A stretch of DNA of 63,640 nt, filler included, from Phoronis australis (GCA_002633005.1; 5 parts of 5 records of this genome joined end to end with filler, not necessarily neighbours in it), one strand, 5' to 3'. Positions 27,818 through 40,610 are shown, counted from the first letter of the whole stretch. Numbers and translations are program-made. The notes: generated by a model not told the origin, from the letters alone.

Positions 27818-27894
27818 CATAAAATTGGCCCCAAAATATCCCTTACTGCGATCGATAGGATTCTGTTTCCGTTACCAACTCAAGTCATAGGCAA

Positions 27895-27940
27895 TGCGCA
27901 TGCGCTATTTTCAAATTAGCAAGTTTAGGATTGGCCAACC
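27895..27940. promoter_or_regulatory. Putative promoter motifs upstream of the WFS1-like exon (NRF1-type TGCGCATGCGC, CCAAT box)
   Basis: TGCGCATGCGC at 27895-27905 and ATTGG at 27930, about 1 kb upstream of ATG 28872. Motif match only. Confidence 0.3.
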
Positions 27941-28871
27941 TCATTAAAGTCTAAAGTGTTTTCTTGAGTCGCTGGTGGTTTCACTGTTCTTTGGGGTTAC
28001 GGAAATGGAATCCTATAACGGCAAGGACCATGCTATTATGAGACAGATTTCATGAAAGTAAAGGGCGCAATATTCGATTTTCGTTTTTGTATCCCTCTGA
28101 ACCAGGCGAAGTGCATTTTTACCGGGATTTTCCGTAGATAAGCCTACCCGATGAAACGTCCTTGAGCGTTTATTCGGAAAGTTGCGCCGAATAAACGCCC
28201 ATGAGCGTTTATTTGGTGTTACAACTTCTGGTGTTAAGTGTCTAGAAATTGGGGATTTCATTCGGAAAATTTCCTCTTAAGCCCACTCAGCGTCAACTTC
28301 TAGCCACAATTTCAGTTTTTTGGAGCATAAACAAAGTGTTGCCGAACTATGTATTTATTAGCTTAAAATTAAAAAGCACATTTTTATGCAAAAAATTGCT
28401 GATATTTTCATTTCAGCCAGGCTACGACTTTGCGTTTACATCCCCCCTTTCCGAATAATCGCCCGAGCGTTCATTTGACGGTGTTACTGCATGAAAATTT
28501 TCATTTTCCGAATACAATCCCGGTAATAAATATACTGTGTTTCAAAAAGCATTACAACAGCTATGAACAGAAACTTCACCGTAACTTCATGAACTGCTGC
28601 GTAAATTATGCACATATTCTTGCGTTCTATAGGTCTAAAGCACGTTATCAAATTTATACATACTTTGAAACCAGAGACTGAACTCCAATGAGTACCGATA
28701 AATATTAATGCTACCGCATAATAGACCAGATAACTTTCTGATTCCGTATGAGCAATAGTTTTGCCAGTGTGTATGATTGTACTCTTGATAACCACAATAA
28801 TGCACTTAATCGCCACAATCTCACATCGTCTGTAGGGTCTTTGCGCTCCACTTTCCAATTGTAGTCTAAAT

Positions 28872-29132
28872 ATGGCCGACGACGGACAAGAATTTCTGGG
28901 GCTGTGTGAAAAACTCGCCGAGAAGGGGTCGGTTGAGCACCAACTATTTCTTGGAAGGCAATACTTCAAATTAGCCAAGCGAGCGGCCGAGGCAACGCGT
29001 GACAATGCTGGGGACGACAATGATGATGACAAAAATGATGAGGATGACAACGGAGGTGAGAGCGAAACGAAAGAAGTGTCCGACGCCGGCAAAGCGGTGA
29101 GATGGTTGCTGGAGGCTGCAAAAAACGGAAGT
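28872..29132 (+). CDS. WFS1: Wolframin-like protein, N-terminal Sel1-like repeat exon, truncated by gap
   Basis: LAEKGSVEHQLFLGRQYFKLA...KAVRWLLEAAKNG resembles the wolframin N-terminal motif as recalled ([20 protein letters not shown]...AVDWLVLAAKQG). Acceptor TTGTAG lies just before the ATG. Confidence 0.7.
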
Positions 29133-29232
29133 NNNNNNNNNNNNNNNNNNNNNNNNNNNNNNNNNNNNNNNNNNNNTTAATTAATTAANNNNNNNNNNNN
29201 NNNNNNNNNNNNNNNNNNNNNNNNNNNNNNNN
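29133..29232. other. Artificial contig linker
   Basis: N44-TTAATTAATTAA-N44. Confidence 0.95.
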
Positions 29233-29544
29233 AGGCCGAAGGTCAGAAGTTGCGATCCTACCGGCGAACTTTGAAAGCTGAAGTTCCCGCCCTTTGCGTA
29301 CGTGCTGCCGGGAACCAGCCGTGCATTTGCCGTGTTGTTAAACATTAAAATGTCAAATATGTGCACAAAGACTATTAAATGTCATATCAACAGCATTTAT
29401 TTTTATCAAATACAAACAATAATTCATTGAAATACAAACAAGTAACGCCAATTAAAGACAAGTATAAGTGGTGGCATTTTGGAAACGAACATTTGACTGA
29501 CAAGACCGCAATGGCTCACCTTTGGCCTATTTAAAAATTATTGA

Positions 29545-29857
29545 GGTTATGAAGTCACATTACCTAGCGAGCGCGGTAAAAATTGGAGCGTGCGCAGTAC
29601 AAAAATTTTGATTTCACGATTTTGGGAACTGAAATAGGGACTGCTCAAAGAAAAAGTTTCATAACGGGAGTATTTGTTCGAGTTGGAAGGACTTAAACAC
29701 ATCGACAACCTCCTAAGGTCTTCCTCTATGCGCAAAAGGTATTTATAACAATGTGACTTTGATGGTTTAGTCGGTGCGAGGCATAATTCGCCGAAAAGCT
29801 TCCGACGTACAGAGCGCCTATAGCCTCTACATCGCCTCTGCTTTGGGCCAACAGAGG
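29545..29857. mobile_element. Right arm of foldback MITE, interrupted by the LTR element and resuming at 31657-31685
   Basis: Matches 57846-58150, e.g. GGAGTATTT.TTCGAGTTGGAA and AGGCATAATTC.CCGAAAAGCTT. Confidence 0.7.
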
Positions 29858-31656
29858 TGTTGTAATTGTCAACATCATTCGTCCTTTATCTTTCTGTGGT
29901 GTCTTGTGATTTGTCAGTTTTATGGTTCCCCAAATGCTTGTTTTATTTAAACTGCTGGCGGGAACCCTGCTGGCAGTCTTTCAGCAAGCAATCAGGATGT
30001 CAGGGATGGGCACCTGGATTGGGTTTTACCTGAAGCTTGAATAGCTGTGTTTTAACTGGTGAGTACTTCTAGAGGCCTAGCTAGTGAACCTGCAGTAATA
30101 CAACAATTGGTGTAGTCGGCACTGGTTAGGTTTTTCTAGGAGTATTCAACCACTTTTTCTTGAAAACCTTTGCCTGACCAGGGCATTTTCCGTAGGTCCG
30201 GGGGGAAGGTTGGATAGGGGAGTTGTATCGTGCTAGCGGGTTGCTGGTACGGTGGCCAAGTGGTCTCTTGGTCTGTTGGGGTTGTTGGTGGTTTTACTGG
30301 GTATTTATTTATTGCGTCCTTGTAGTTGGCGAGTTTAGTCTTATAGGCATTGTTTTGGTTATGTCATTGAATTGAACACCATTCCATTGACCTAATACTT
30401 TCTCCTTACAACTAAGTCCCTTATTTATTATCATACCCCTGATATTTGTTTATTTATTTATTTATTATGTCCGTGTAGTTGGGGAGTTTAGGCTTAGGCA
30501 GTGTTTTGGTTTTGTCATTGGACACCATTTCATTGAGCTAATACTTTCTCCCTACAACTAGAGCCCCTATTTATTATCGTGGTCCTAGTGCGTGGTTAAC
30601 CTGGGTGCGGTACTTTCATGTCCGTCCCAGTTGCCAGGAGGCCTATGTTTTATGGAGGGTCAGTCACAGTTCTCTGTGAACCTATCCATTTTAGGTCTGC
30701 GTCCAAGGCGTTCCCTTTGGGTTGGAATATGTCTGCCCGGCCTCCACCCAAAGCACGTCAAAATGTAATACTCTAGCAGCAATTAAGGGTAGCATGCGTG
30801 TATCATGGTAGTGCAGGGTTTATTTTGATAACTCCACTAGAAATGCACGTGTCCTATACCCTTTTGCAGCTACAAGTCCGGGGAGTCTCCCTAGCGAGAA
30901 CTTTTTCCGTTAGGTGACTGCTCTCCCGCCCTGGGGGGTGGGTTGGTATCCTGCTGGGTTTTCTCTTTATGAGTTACTTCATGTGTTTGGGATGTGCTGG
31001 CACTGAACTCTTATTATTTTTGGTACTTCTATAGTTAACCTGTGTGCGTTATTCTCTGCTTCTAGGGGAACTGTCCTTGTCATCCTAACACTCTTGGTCT
31101 ATTTAGCAGTGGCGGTAAGGGGGGATATGGTTAAATTTTTGGGAAGTTTTTTGTATCTGGTGAATGATTTTGATTCCCAGGTGGGCCCCACACTTTTTTA
31201 GGGAGGAGGGGAATGTTGTAATCGTCAACATCATTCGTCCTTTATCTTTCTGTGGTGTCTTGTGATTTGTCAGTTTTATGGTTCCCCGGATGCTTGTTTT
31301 ATTTAAACTGCTGGCGGGAACCCTGCTGGCAGTCTTTCAGCAAGCAATCAGGATGTCAGGGATGGGCACCTGGATTGGGTTTTACCTGAAGCTTGAATAG
31401 CTGTGTTTTAACTGGTGAGTACTTCTAGANTAATCGTCAACATCATTCGTCCTTTATCTTTCTGTGGTGTCTTGTGATTTGTCAGTTTTATGGTTCCCCG
31501 GATGCTTGTTTTATTTAAACTGCTGGCGGGAACCCTGCTGGCAGTCTTTCAGCAAGCAATCAGGATGTCAGGGATGGGCACCTGGATTGGGTTTTACCTG
31601 AAGCTTGAATAGCTGTGTTTTAACTGGTGAGTACTTCTAGAGGCAGTAATACAACA
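29858..31656 (+). mobile_element. Non-autonomous LTR retrotransposon (TRIM/LARD-like, Gypsy-type signals)
   Basis: 5' LTR 29858-30105 (TGTTGTA...TACAACA). PBS TGGTGTAGTCGGCA at 30108 (tRNA-Ser type). About 1.1 kb internal with no long ORF. PPT AGGGAGGAGGGGAA at 31200-31213. 3' LTR from 31214, duplicated around the N at 31430. Flanks GAGG/GAGC. Confidence 0.9.
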
Positions 31657-33144
31657 GAGCCTCAGAGGCGATGGTCATTGCCTACCAGACAATATGACAA
31701 AGAATGATGGCAATCTACAAAACAAACAAAACATCCGTGACTTATGAGTAGATCTACGCTAGCTACAGACTGTAATAAACTAATGACAAACTGAACTGTG
31801 TGCCTAAACGAACAGTATACATGAATCTAAAGCTAATGTACCTGTAGAAGTGTTCACAGGGGACTGTGGGCTGGAGGCTGCCATATTGAGAACAGCCAGC
31901 GCCACCTATAGGGGAACATAGTGGGCCCTCTAGTGGCAGTACCAATATTGTCTAATTACATTTAAAGAACCCACGGTCAAAAGGAAAAGTATAGAGTAAA
32001 ATGCCAATCAGGTGGCTGCCTGAGACTAACATGGCCAACACCAAGGGAATGGCAGAACGGGTGACCTGTCAACACACTTGCAAGACAATGATGTTGTTGA
32101 ACACACCACACCACTACGTCAAGTGACCAACAAGTAGACCTACTAATGAATTTTTGACGCCCTGCAATCTCCTAACATTTGAAAATTTGAAACGGTAAAT
32201 AAAACAACAAGAATGGATCAATGTTGTTTTATTTACCGAGGATCTGGTTCACCTTATTTAGTTTCAGATTTATTTTCTACAAAATTTGAAACCAATTTCA
32301 TAATAGTGCCAGTGAGTGCGGGTATAAATCAAAAGTAGGGAGTTTCATGTTCCCATGACTACCAGTTATGTGATTGGTTGGATAGGTTGAATTATGAATT
32401 GTGGGCTAGAATTAACCGTTTCCATTCTATAAGTGAAGATTTCTCTGCCACCTAATGCTTTGCAAGTGTCTTGGGTCCGAGAGTTTTGAAAGGTGCGCGA
32501 TATAGTTGTTTTAAAACATTTTGTGTTTGGTAAGGCTTCATTATAGGTGGCTAAAATAATTGGGAAGCCAAACTTATTACTAGTAAACTTCAAAAGTTTA
32601 CATGATTTACTTTGAGGCCTTCTAACTGTTTTGAAAGGGTGAAATATAGCATTTCAAATTCCTTCAAACTAAGGGTTACGAATGGGGTTTGGTTCTCGAG
32701 TCAAAGTTAGCCGTTTCAGATTTAGTTTTGTGATCAAGATCCAAACTTTAGTAAAGCTCCACTATTTCTGAAGTATGAAAGTATGTGACAAAATTGAAGT
32801 CAATAGTGCAAGGTGGGTGTGGTTATAACGTATTTTCATGAATCTCCAATTAAATACGTTTTCTTACATGAATCTGGTTTTAAATAAGAGTACTTAAATG
32901 AGTTGGAAAATACAATTTGATTTTAAAAACAACTTAGACCAAGATAATTTAGACGTCTCAAATGAAGGATTACAGAACTTTAAGTTAGTACATTTATGCA
33001 GTTGAGACATTCCAGTTGTATTCATTTTGACGAAAAAATACAATCTGTTCAAAATAACTGGCTATGCCTGGGTTGAAATCGACGAATATAAGTCATGTTC
33101 CATAATTCTCAAGATGTCAATTATGAGAAATGACGTTTATTTGT

Positions 33145-33244
33145 NNNNNNNNNNNNNNNNNNNNNNNNNNNNNNNNNNNNNNNNNNNNTTAATTAATTAA
33201 NNNNNNNNNNNNNNNNNNNNNNNNNNNNNNNNNNNNNNNNNNNN
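33145..33244. other. Artificial contig linker
   Basis: N44-TTAATTAATTAA-N44. Confidence 0.95.
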
Positions 33245-33471
33245 GATATCGATCTAGTTTGTGTTCCCCAACACCATGTCACGGTGTCAAAGGTCAACTT
33301 TTCGCGGATTTTTTTTATTTTCGCTTTTTAACGTAACTACAGACACAATAACATGATAATTGGAAGAAGATATATCCAACTAACAATATCTTGAAAATAT
33401 TATTACAATTTAACATACTTAGACCTTGCAATTTACACTTTAAGGACACTACATGTAACAACCTCTTACAG

Positions 33472-33555
33472 GATGGCAGAACAGCAATAGACGTTGTTGG
33501 GAAAACTTGTATCATGGACGGTACTTGTGCAGAAGAACTTAAGAATGTTCTTGAG
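33472..33555 (+). CDS. Ankyrin-like/FAM111-like protease gene, first visible exon (DGRTAIDVVGKTCIMDGTCAEELKNVLE)
   Basis: Acceptor CTCTTACAG and donor GAG|GTACGA. 84 nt, phase 0-0. DGRTAID resembles an ankyrin repeat start (xGxTxLx). Confidence 0.6.
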
Positions 33556-33767
33556 GTACGATGAAATTGGAACTTGTGTTTGTTTAATTGTAGATGCACT
33601 GTGCTTTCTTATCTTTTTTGTGAAAAATGAACTATTTGTATTTAGATGCAGTGGTTATGTTCTACACAACTTGCTGTGTGCATGTGACAGTGACAATGTC
33701 AATAATAATGTCATGTATTATCTGTTCACCATAATAATGTTTATTTATTTTTTTAACAATGATTAAG

Positions 33768-33945
33768 GACAAATGGAAAGAAGAAAAGCAAGAGGCACTA
33801 GCGCAGTTTTCATGTGACTTGGACGAGCTGATGCACGTACTGTCACCAGGATTTGACTTGCGTAACGTTAAGTTTTCTGGAACATTTTTGAGGGGACTAC
33901 AAGATGTGGAGCCTTGCCTCAGCAAATGGAAGATGGAACCAGCTG
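33768..33945 (+). CDS. Protease gene exon 2 (DKWKEEKQEALAQF...WKMEPA)
   Basis: T-rich tract then AAG acceptor, donor G|GTAATG. Phase 0 to 1, linking both neighbouring exons in frame. Confidence 0.65.
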
Positions 33946-35218
33946 GTAATGTCGGATTTGCTGTAAATATGGGAAAATAATAACAAATTATTGGTTTTAT
34001 TTAAAGTATTGGGGTAACTGAGTTTTTGTTTAACTTCACTTTTAAGGCATAAGAACAGTAGTAGTGAAATAATTCTGTTTAAAACATTACCCAAAAATTG
34101 GCGGGAATGTGTTTACATGTAGAGACATTTCACTATTGATTTGCGTGTAGAGATTATATAATTAAGTCTGAAGTGTTCGAGAGAACCGAACGCCAAGCGA
34201 TGGTATAGAACAGCTTTTGTAGGTAAGAAATATTGTGTAGGGGCAGGATTGCTCCGTCCACGAGCATAGACAGTATGTCCGCGAGACGCTAAGAGTGGTT
34301 CGCGAGGGGGGAAATAAGTCTGCAAGAAAGGAATGGTGTGGACACGGAAATTTCGGTGCCTTGCATTTTAAATTCACATCGTCAAGATGGGTTGCATTTC
34401 TCAGCTTCTTTGACCAATATAATTGGATGCAAGTGATTGGCTTGCAAATTTCACTTTTGACGGAACAAGCGTTCATAAATGCGTCCTATCACCCGTCTTG
34501 CATGTAATTAACATATAAAATGCGCAGTGCGCTGATATTCTAGCTAATCACGAGCAATCACTATGATCAAACAGAAATTACGCCATTTAAATGCATTATG
34601 TCTATGAAAGCGATGCAGATGTGTCATTTGATTCGTGGGCTGAAAACTAAAGTAAGGAGATCTGAACTTTAACGAGCGTTCACATGTGAAAATTTTATCA
34701 GTCAGTTCATGCGATGTCCATTCTGGTAGGACGGCGGATAGTGAATGATTTATATTATAATCACATGAAAGAATACCTACTTATGCTTTAATCAAAAGTT
34801 CGGTTGGTCTCCATAATAATCCAGATCAATTAAACAGCGACTCTTTTCACGTCTCCGACAAAGTTTTGCCCTTGTGTTTTGCTTCAATTCAGTCTGGTAG
34901 TTTCTTGATTTTTATGTGGATCTGTGTTTTTCTACTACCGCTGATGATGTTTTGTAAATGCGATGTCTTTTAACGCAAAATGTATAGATATGAACGTTTT
35001 GCTGCAATTGTGGCCAAATACGACATTTGATAACTTGGTTATATGAGAGACAGTCAGAAAATGGGTAGTTCTTTGAAACTTTTGCGTATCAGCAGATTTT
35101 GAAGAGCAAAGGTGATGAATTGTCAAACGCTAGACAAAGCCCATTTCATTTCCGCAACTCCGTGTAGTTGTTCGAAATTCCTATGTGGTTATTGGTAGCA
35201 TTCTTAATCTAATTGCAG

Positions 35219-35422
35219 GAGAAAAACCTTCAAAGCAAGGTCAAGATCAATCGCATGACGGAAAAAAGACTTCGACCGCGTTCCACAGTTCGCTGGTCGA
35301 TTCGTCATCGGCTGTTGCCAAAATTACTTTGACAAAATGTAACGGATCAGGCTTGCTGCTGGGAGAAAGAAAGCGCAAGTTTTTGTTAACCAACTATCAC
35401 GTCATTCGAGAAGACTTAGCTG
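35219..35422 (+). CDS. Protease gene exon 3, trypsin-like domain start with catalytic His (AVAKI...NGSGLLL...FLLTNYHVI)
   Basis: Acceptor TAATTGCAG and donor G|GTAATT, phase 1-1. GSG..TNxHV motif of Trypsin_2/FAM111-type proteases. Confidence 0.85.
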
Positions 35423-36772
35423 GTAATTCTAAGGTTAAACATAAAACTGTCTTTAGTTTTGATATTGTATTGATGTCGTAGAATTCAATGTAAGAACATT
35501 ATTGACATTTGAATCGACGTAATATTGTTAAAAAACTGGAGGGGGTCAGGTAAATATTGGAATGACACGGCTCATAGGAAAATAATTGGGGCAATGAGAT
35601 ACGGGCGCTGTTAATGAGAACGACCATGTACGTGGGGCAGGAAAATTGACAGCCACGAGTCAGAGAATTGTGTTTTGGGGTCACGTGCGTATGCTGTGTC
35701 TTGTTAGTGCGGAGTCTTGTTTTGTGCGTCAGTGACCCGAAGTTACAGGTCCACAAGACCTGTTCATGAGTGCGTGAGCCGTGTTGTTCGAGTAGCCTGC
35801 TACTTTCCGAGAAAATAACTGATTGTAACGGATCTATAACTGAGAAAGGTACGGGGACTACTCTGAGTATCTTCCACGAGTGTTTCCTCCGGCATCAGGT
35901 CCCCTTCACGGAGATGAAAAGATAAAAATAAAAAATGAATATCATCCGTCATTGGGCTCCCATGAGAGGGCTCTAAATATATGAAAGGAAAACACTGGGA
36001 AACTACCTCCCACTACAAATACTGTGTATGTCCCATCTGAAGGGAAACAGATTGTCCCGCGCCCCACATTCAATTACGCCAATGCCGGTATACACTACAC
36101 CATGTAAGGGTGCACCTCCGATGCCTGAAAATTATAAATAAACGCAAATGTTCATTTTAATGCTGAAATCTTTGGAAGAGTCATGCAGCATCACTTGAAG
36201 GTCCAGTCCCAACATGTATTAAAAGACTTTTTAAACCCTGCCTTGGTGTTTTCAACCAGTCATTGTTATGTCTCCTGCTAATGCACCATTTGAAATATCA
36301 ATCGAGTAATAAAGACACTACTTGACAAAAAGCACTTATTTCCCCCAGAATGTGGATAATTTGGTTCTTTGTGGGTGGTCTTTCCCCATGATTACATGTC
36401 GTACCACTTGACAAAAGCGTAAGTCATGGTAGCCGATTTCGCAAATTCTGTAAGTTTTTAAATTTGCTCCAAACGTTCGGGTTGACGAGGTTTAGAGGGA
36501 ATTATGTCATTTAGAAAGATGTATTAGAAATTCGTAATATGTTTAATTGGCCAAAAATGGTTTTAGTATCCTGCAAACAGTTTTTGGGAGCTTCATAATA
36601 CCGTGATATGTTTAGTGATTAGTGACCTTAATTTCACAAGGTTGCACTATGAATTAAACGAGTTTGTTGATACTACAAGGAGTGTCTTTGTCTAAGTTCA
36701 TTAAAGTATGTTATTGTTTGCATTAATTGATGTTTCATACAGCAGAGACCTTATCGAGGTATTTATTTTCAG

Positions 36773-37086
36773 TAGGAGAACCTAGTGGATACTTACTGAG
36801 ATATGCTATGTTTTACTTTGACGGTCCATACGACTGTCTACCCCTGATCGTGCCTTTCGACAAACTGCTTTTCTTTGACGAAGACCTTGATGTTGCGCTT
36901 CTGGAATTGGATCAAACAAAGATGGCGAGAGCTTACAAAGGCCAGGAGCTGCCTGACCCAATCAGACGGTTTTGCGCCCTCCGTGATCACCATGTGGTAG
37001 TGCATGCTGCTGGTCATCCCGGGGGTGACTTTAAAGTCGCTGACATCAAGCAGAGGGTGATGTCTCTGGGGGATTTACGAGCCGTG
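36773..37086 (+). CDS. Protease gene exon 4, catalytic Asp (DEDLDVALLEL) and AAGHPGGDFK motif
   Basis: Acceptor TTTTCAG(TAG) and donor GTG|GTAAGG, phase 1-0. Motifs parallel FAM111 LDYAVL and IIGHP.G. Confidence 0.85.
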
Positions 37087-38342
37087 GTAAGGACGTGCGA
37101 GTATAACTAGGAATGGCCTCACGATAGATACATCAACAGAAAAAATACCATGCGCATTGGTAATTAGCCACTGTATCTGCTTAAGATAATGCAACATAAT
37201 GAGGGGTGAGCTAAAAGGATCGGTTGTGGTAGAGGTAAAGCAATGTTAGAAAGGTGAGATCACGTATTACTAAATAAGACCACGTGAAAGACGAATGTTT
37301 TGCTGGTATGTCCGAAACCCTAATTAGTATACCCTAGTAGAATGTAGGCCACTTGGTCTATTTTGGCGAGTTTGTAATGTACATGTACAATACACAGTTT
37401 CCTTTCCGAAGTAATGTCTTTGGTTTACGGAACGCAGTCCGGCATGTTCACTGCCAATCAGTTCAGGTTTCTATAATTACAAAATTAATCCAATAGCCCT
37501 GCTCGTTCGGTATAACAGTGGGATCTGCTCATTACACATGTCTTTATCTGATGTAACCTAATCTATCTAAAAAAACTGAAAAGTATAATTTCCTGAAAGT
37601 AGAATTTGAAAATTGGGGAGAATATTTGACTATGCTTATATGTATCTGCCGTGAATTGGGTGACGTCACCATGAGTAATTCTGTGTCAGATTTTATTTTC
37701 GTGAATCGTCATGTGACAGAAATTTTCTTTAAAGTTGGATCCTGGATAGTTCTATACAAATCTCATTTTTATTTTACGTTGGGGCTTAACAAAATGTCCG
37801 ACCTAAACACAAAGGAAAACGTTACGGTTATTATGATCGTTTACAAAACGGTGTCGTTCAAATGCGAAATGCAAAATAAATGAGAGACTCTTAAACTATT
37901 TGTGATGTTTTTCAATTCTCTACCAATTTTGAAGAGAACCTGTGACGCCTTGAATTTTTTACGAAATGTAACTTAGAATTACCCTCGGGTCAGATTAGTG
38001 AAAGTAACGTAGAAATGACCAGCAGGCTTCATAAATAATATGGCTAAATTCCATTTGATATATACATGTACGTTCAAGATGAAATCTCCAATGGGATGTT
38101 GCACTTTTCCAAGTTATTATTTCATTTTAGTATTATGCAGCTTTCAAGATTTTTCATCAAAACTCTGTAAGTCGCATTTTGATAAAATGTGGTACATGCA
38201 CATGTTAAACCATACCTGACAACGTTTCGGAGAAAAGTGAATAAAACATAGTGACTCTGAAAGTTCCACGTAAATTCTACCGCTGATTTGTGAAATACAA
38301 TGTTCTGAAGTTGCCTAAGCCAAATTTGAAATTCTTCTCCAG

Positions 38343-38679
38343 CAGTTGGCTGACAATGCGGCACTGACCGATCCTCGCCGTGTTCTGTATGAGTTAAGCC
38401 TCGACTTCGGTCGTGGTACATCGGGAAGTCCAGTCTTCGTTAACACCCTCGACCAGGCAGCAGTCGCCGCTCTTCATACGTCAATTGTTTCGCATTCCAA
38501 CCCTACACCAGTTTCTTGTGCATTCGCCGATCATCTATCAGGAGCTGCAAAAGAAACCATGTGGGGACAGGGTCTGCGAATTGAAGAGATATACGATTGG
38601 ATGAGTAGAAAGGACCCCTTAATTTGTGACGAAATATTCCCTGATGGTCGACCAGAGACTAGTGAGCTGCAGAGTCCCG
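38343..38679 (+). CDS. Protease gene exon 5, catalytic Ser (DPRRVLYELSLDFGRGTSGSPVF...VAALH)
   Basis: Acceptor TTCTCCAG(CAG), GxSGSPV nucleophile motif, donor G|GTTAGT (or read-through stop at 38684). Confidence 0.85.
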
Positions 38680-40610
38680 GTTAGTGACAATTACCTCTGC
38701 TAAATATAGGTGACGTAACGACATAGGCGGATCCTTGGAGGGACAAAGGGATCCAGGCAATACCCTCCATTTCCTTTGATTTTAATGATATCAAAACTAT
38801 AATTTTCAAGTTGTTGATTTGGGTCCGCCCCGGTTGAGTAATTGATATGGAAAGGAGAACTTTGGCATCAGATTTTCTTTTGGCACCTTAAACTTCGAAG
38901 GCAAATCGGACGCCATGTTTAAAACAACATGTCTAGATGCAACTAAAGATATGAATGCAGAGATAGATGTACAGGTTTTTTATGGTTTTGAGTTCATTGT
39001 TTTTATTCTCTCACCAAAGATTTGAAAAAGAATTCTGCTGCAGCTCGCAAACTGTTATTATTCCGTTGACAGAGTGAGTTTTTTCGTTACTCTGACCATT
39101 TTCGTGTTATTCCAATGACTTAGTTTTAGTTTATTTCTGATGGACCACTATGTCCAAATATTTAAGACTATTTTGAGTAACAATTTCTGATAGCAGCTAG
39201 GGGTGGTTCCACATCGACTGTTACAGATTTTCCTGACTCTTTATGAGGGTTTGGTCTACCCCTAGGTATGCACTATGTCACCTTTGGTCTTTCTGACACA
39301 AGCCTCGTTTTCTTTTTTCTGCCGATCTTACAAAAATGGCTTTTTCCACATTTATCATTAAAAAAACTGTGAAGTTTGCAAGACTATTGAGATATCTCAA
39401 AAGTTAGGAATAACTTTGATTTCTTTATATGAATGTATCTGACCTTAAGATCCGTAAACATGTTTTAATGTTAAGCGGATAGACATTTTGGTATTCAGGT
39501 GCTGGCTTTCAAAAAAAGAATTTTTGCAAATTTTCAATGGGTTGATTTGGCAATTGTAAGTGAGACAGCGACCAAAGAATTTATCATGTGTGAATATGAA
39601 ACAAGCATGATTCGTTAGTATTGGGCTTATTAAGTACAAAGTCAAACCTGAGGTCATTTGGCTGCTTAGTGGTTAGCATGTAATACAGAGTATACCTTGC
39701 ACTATTTGGCTTCTCAGCAGCAGTTATTACACAGCAGTTTTATAAATAGATGCACAACAAACGTCACGAGTTGTATACGTTAATAGATATAAATGTAGTT
39801 TTTGTTTCAATTTAGAGGGTTTTGGGTCCATCAGAGCCCCAATGAATGGGGGTTAAGTGGCGAGCCGTTCCCTCCTTAAGCGATATTTCAATGTAGTGTG
39901 GTGACAACATTCACTTCACATTTATAGTGATGGGGCAGTAAGGCGAAGGATATGAGAAAGGTTTGAAAGTGGTGATGATTGTGGAGGTTCCGGGGGGGTC
40001 ATTTTGGTCCCTCTACAGGTTACAAAACGTAATTTTACCTGTCTTCATGTAAAACAGTGTAACTCAGATCAATACCTATATTACACTGTATTTGAGCCTG
40101 TAGCATGTAAACAGAAAACACTTCAAGTTTCAAGTAAAACTTTTGGGGGTGTGAAAAATTAGACAGAAAGGTAAATGAGTGTATCATGGTGATTGGTGTC
40201 GTTTGAGGTGGATATGAATCAAATTGTAAAATTACAGCCAATTTTGTGACGGATCATGTAGATTTTGTGATCCTATAGGCTCTCTCAGAAGTTGATACTT
40301 AAAATACCCCTTATGGCAGATTATTTTGGACAAATATTTTCATTTTTTCAAAATACGTTCTTAAAGTTTCATGAAGAAAGAATATTTTTGCACTTGATAC
40401 ATGTTGGAACCTTTTGTCGATATGAAAAGTTACAAAATAAATTTGTTTTTCACAAATATATTAAAACTTTTCCAATTCTTAACATTCATACATGTATATG
40501 CGTCTTTGATGACAATTTTTAGGGATAATCATTTTTTCAAAATCTTGAGAGAATTACATTCTTATTTGGATATCTAAGTAAACAAAAATCGATTTTCTTC
40601 TTTATTACAG

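Noticed and set aside
27241-27822. 193-aa ORF
   Set aside because: Runs across two unrelated MITEs and shows no recognisable domain.
28484-29092. 202-aa minus-strand ORF
   Set aside because: Antisense shadow of the acidic WFS1-like exon. The Ser runs mirror GAT/GAC codons.
31431-31640. Third LTR / tandem-LTR architecture
   Set aside because: An apparently identical copy joined by a single N, most likely a scaffolding overlap artefact.
28872-38684. A single Sel1 + ankyrin + protease gene
   Set aside because: Two artificial linkers lie between the parts, so the linkage is unsupported.
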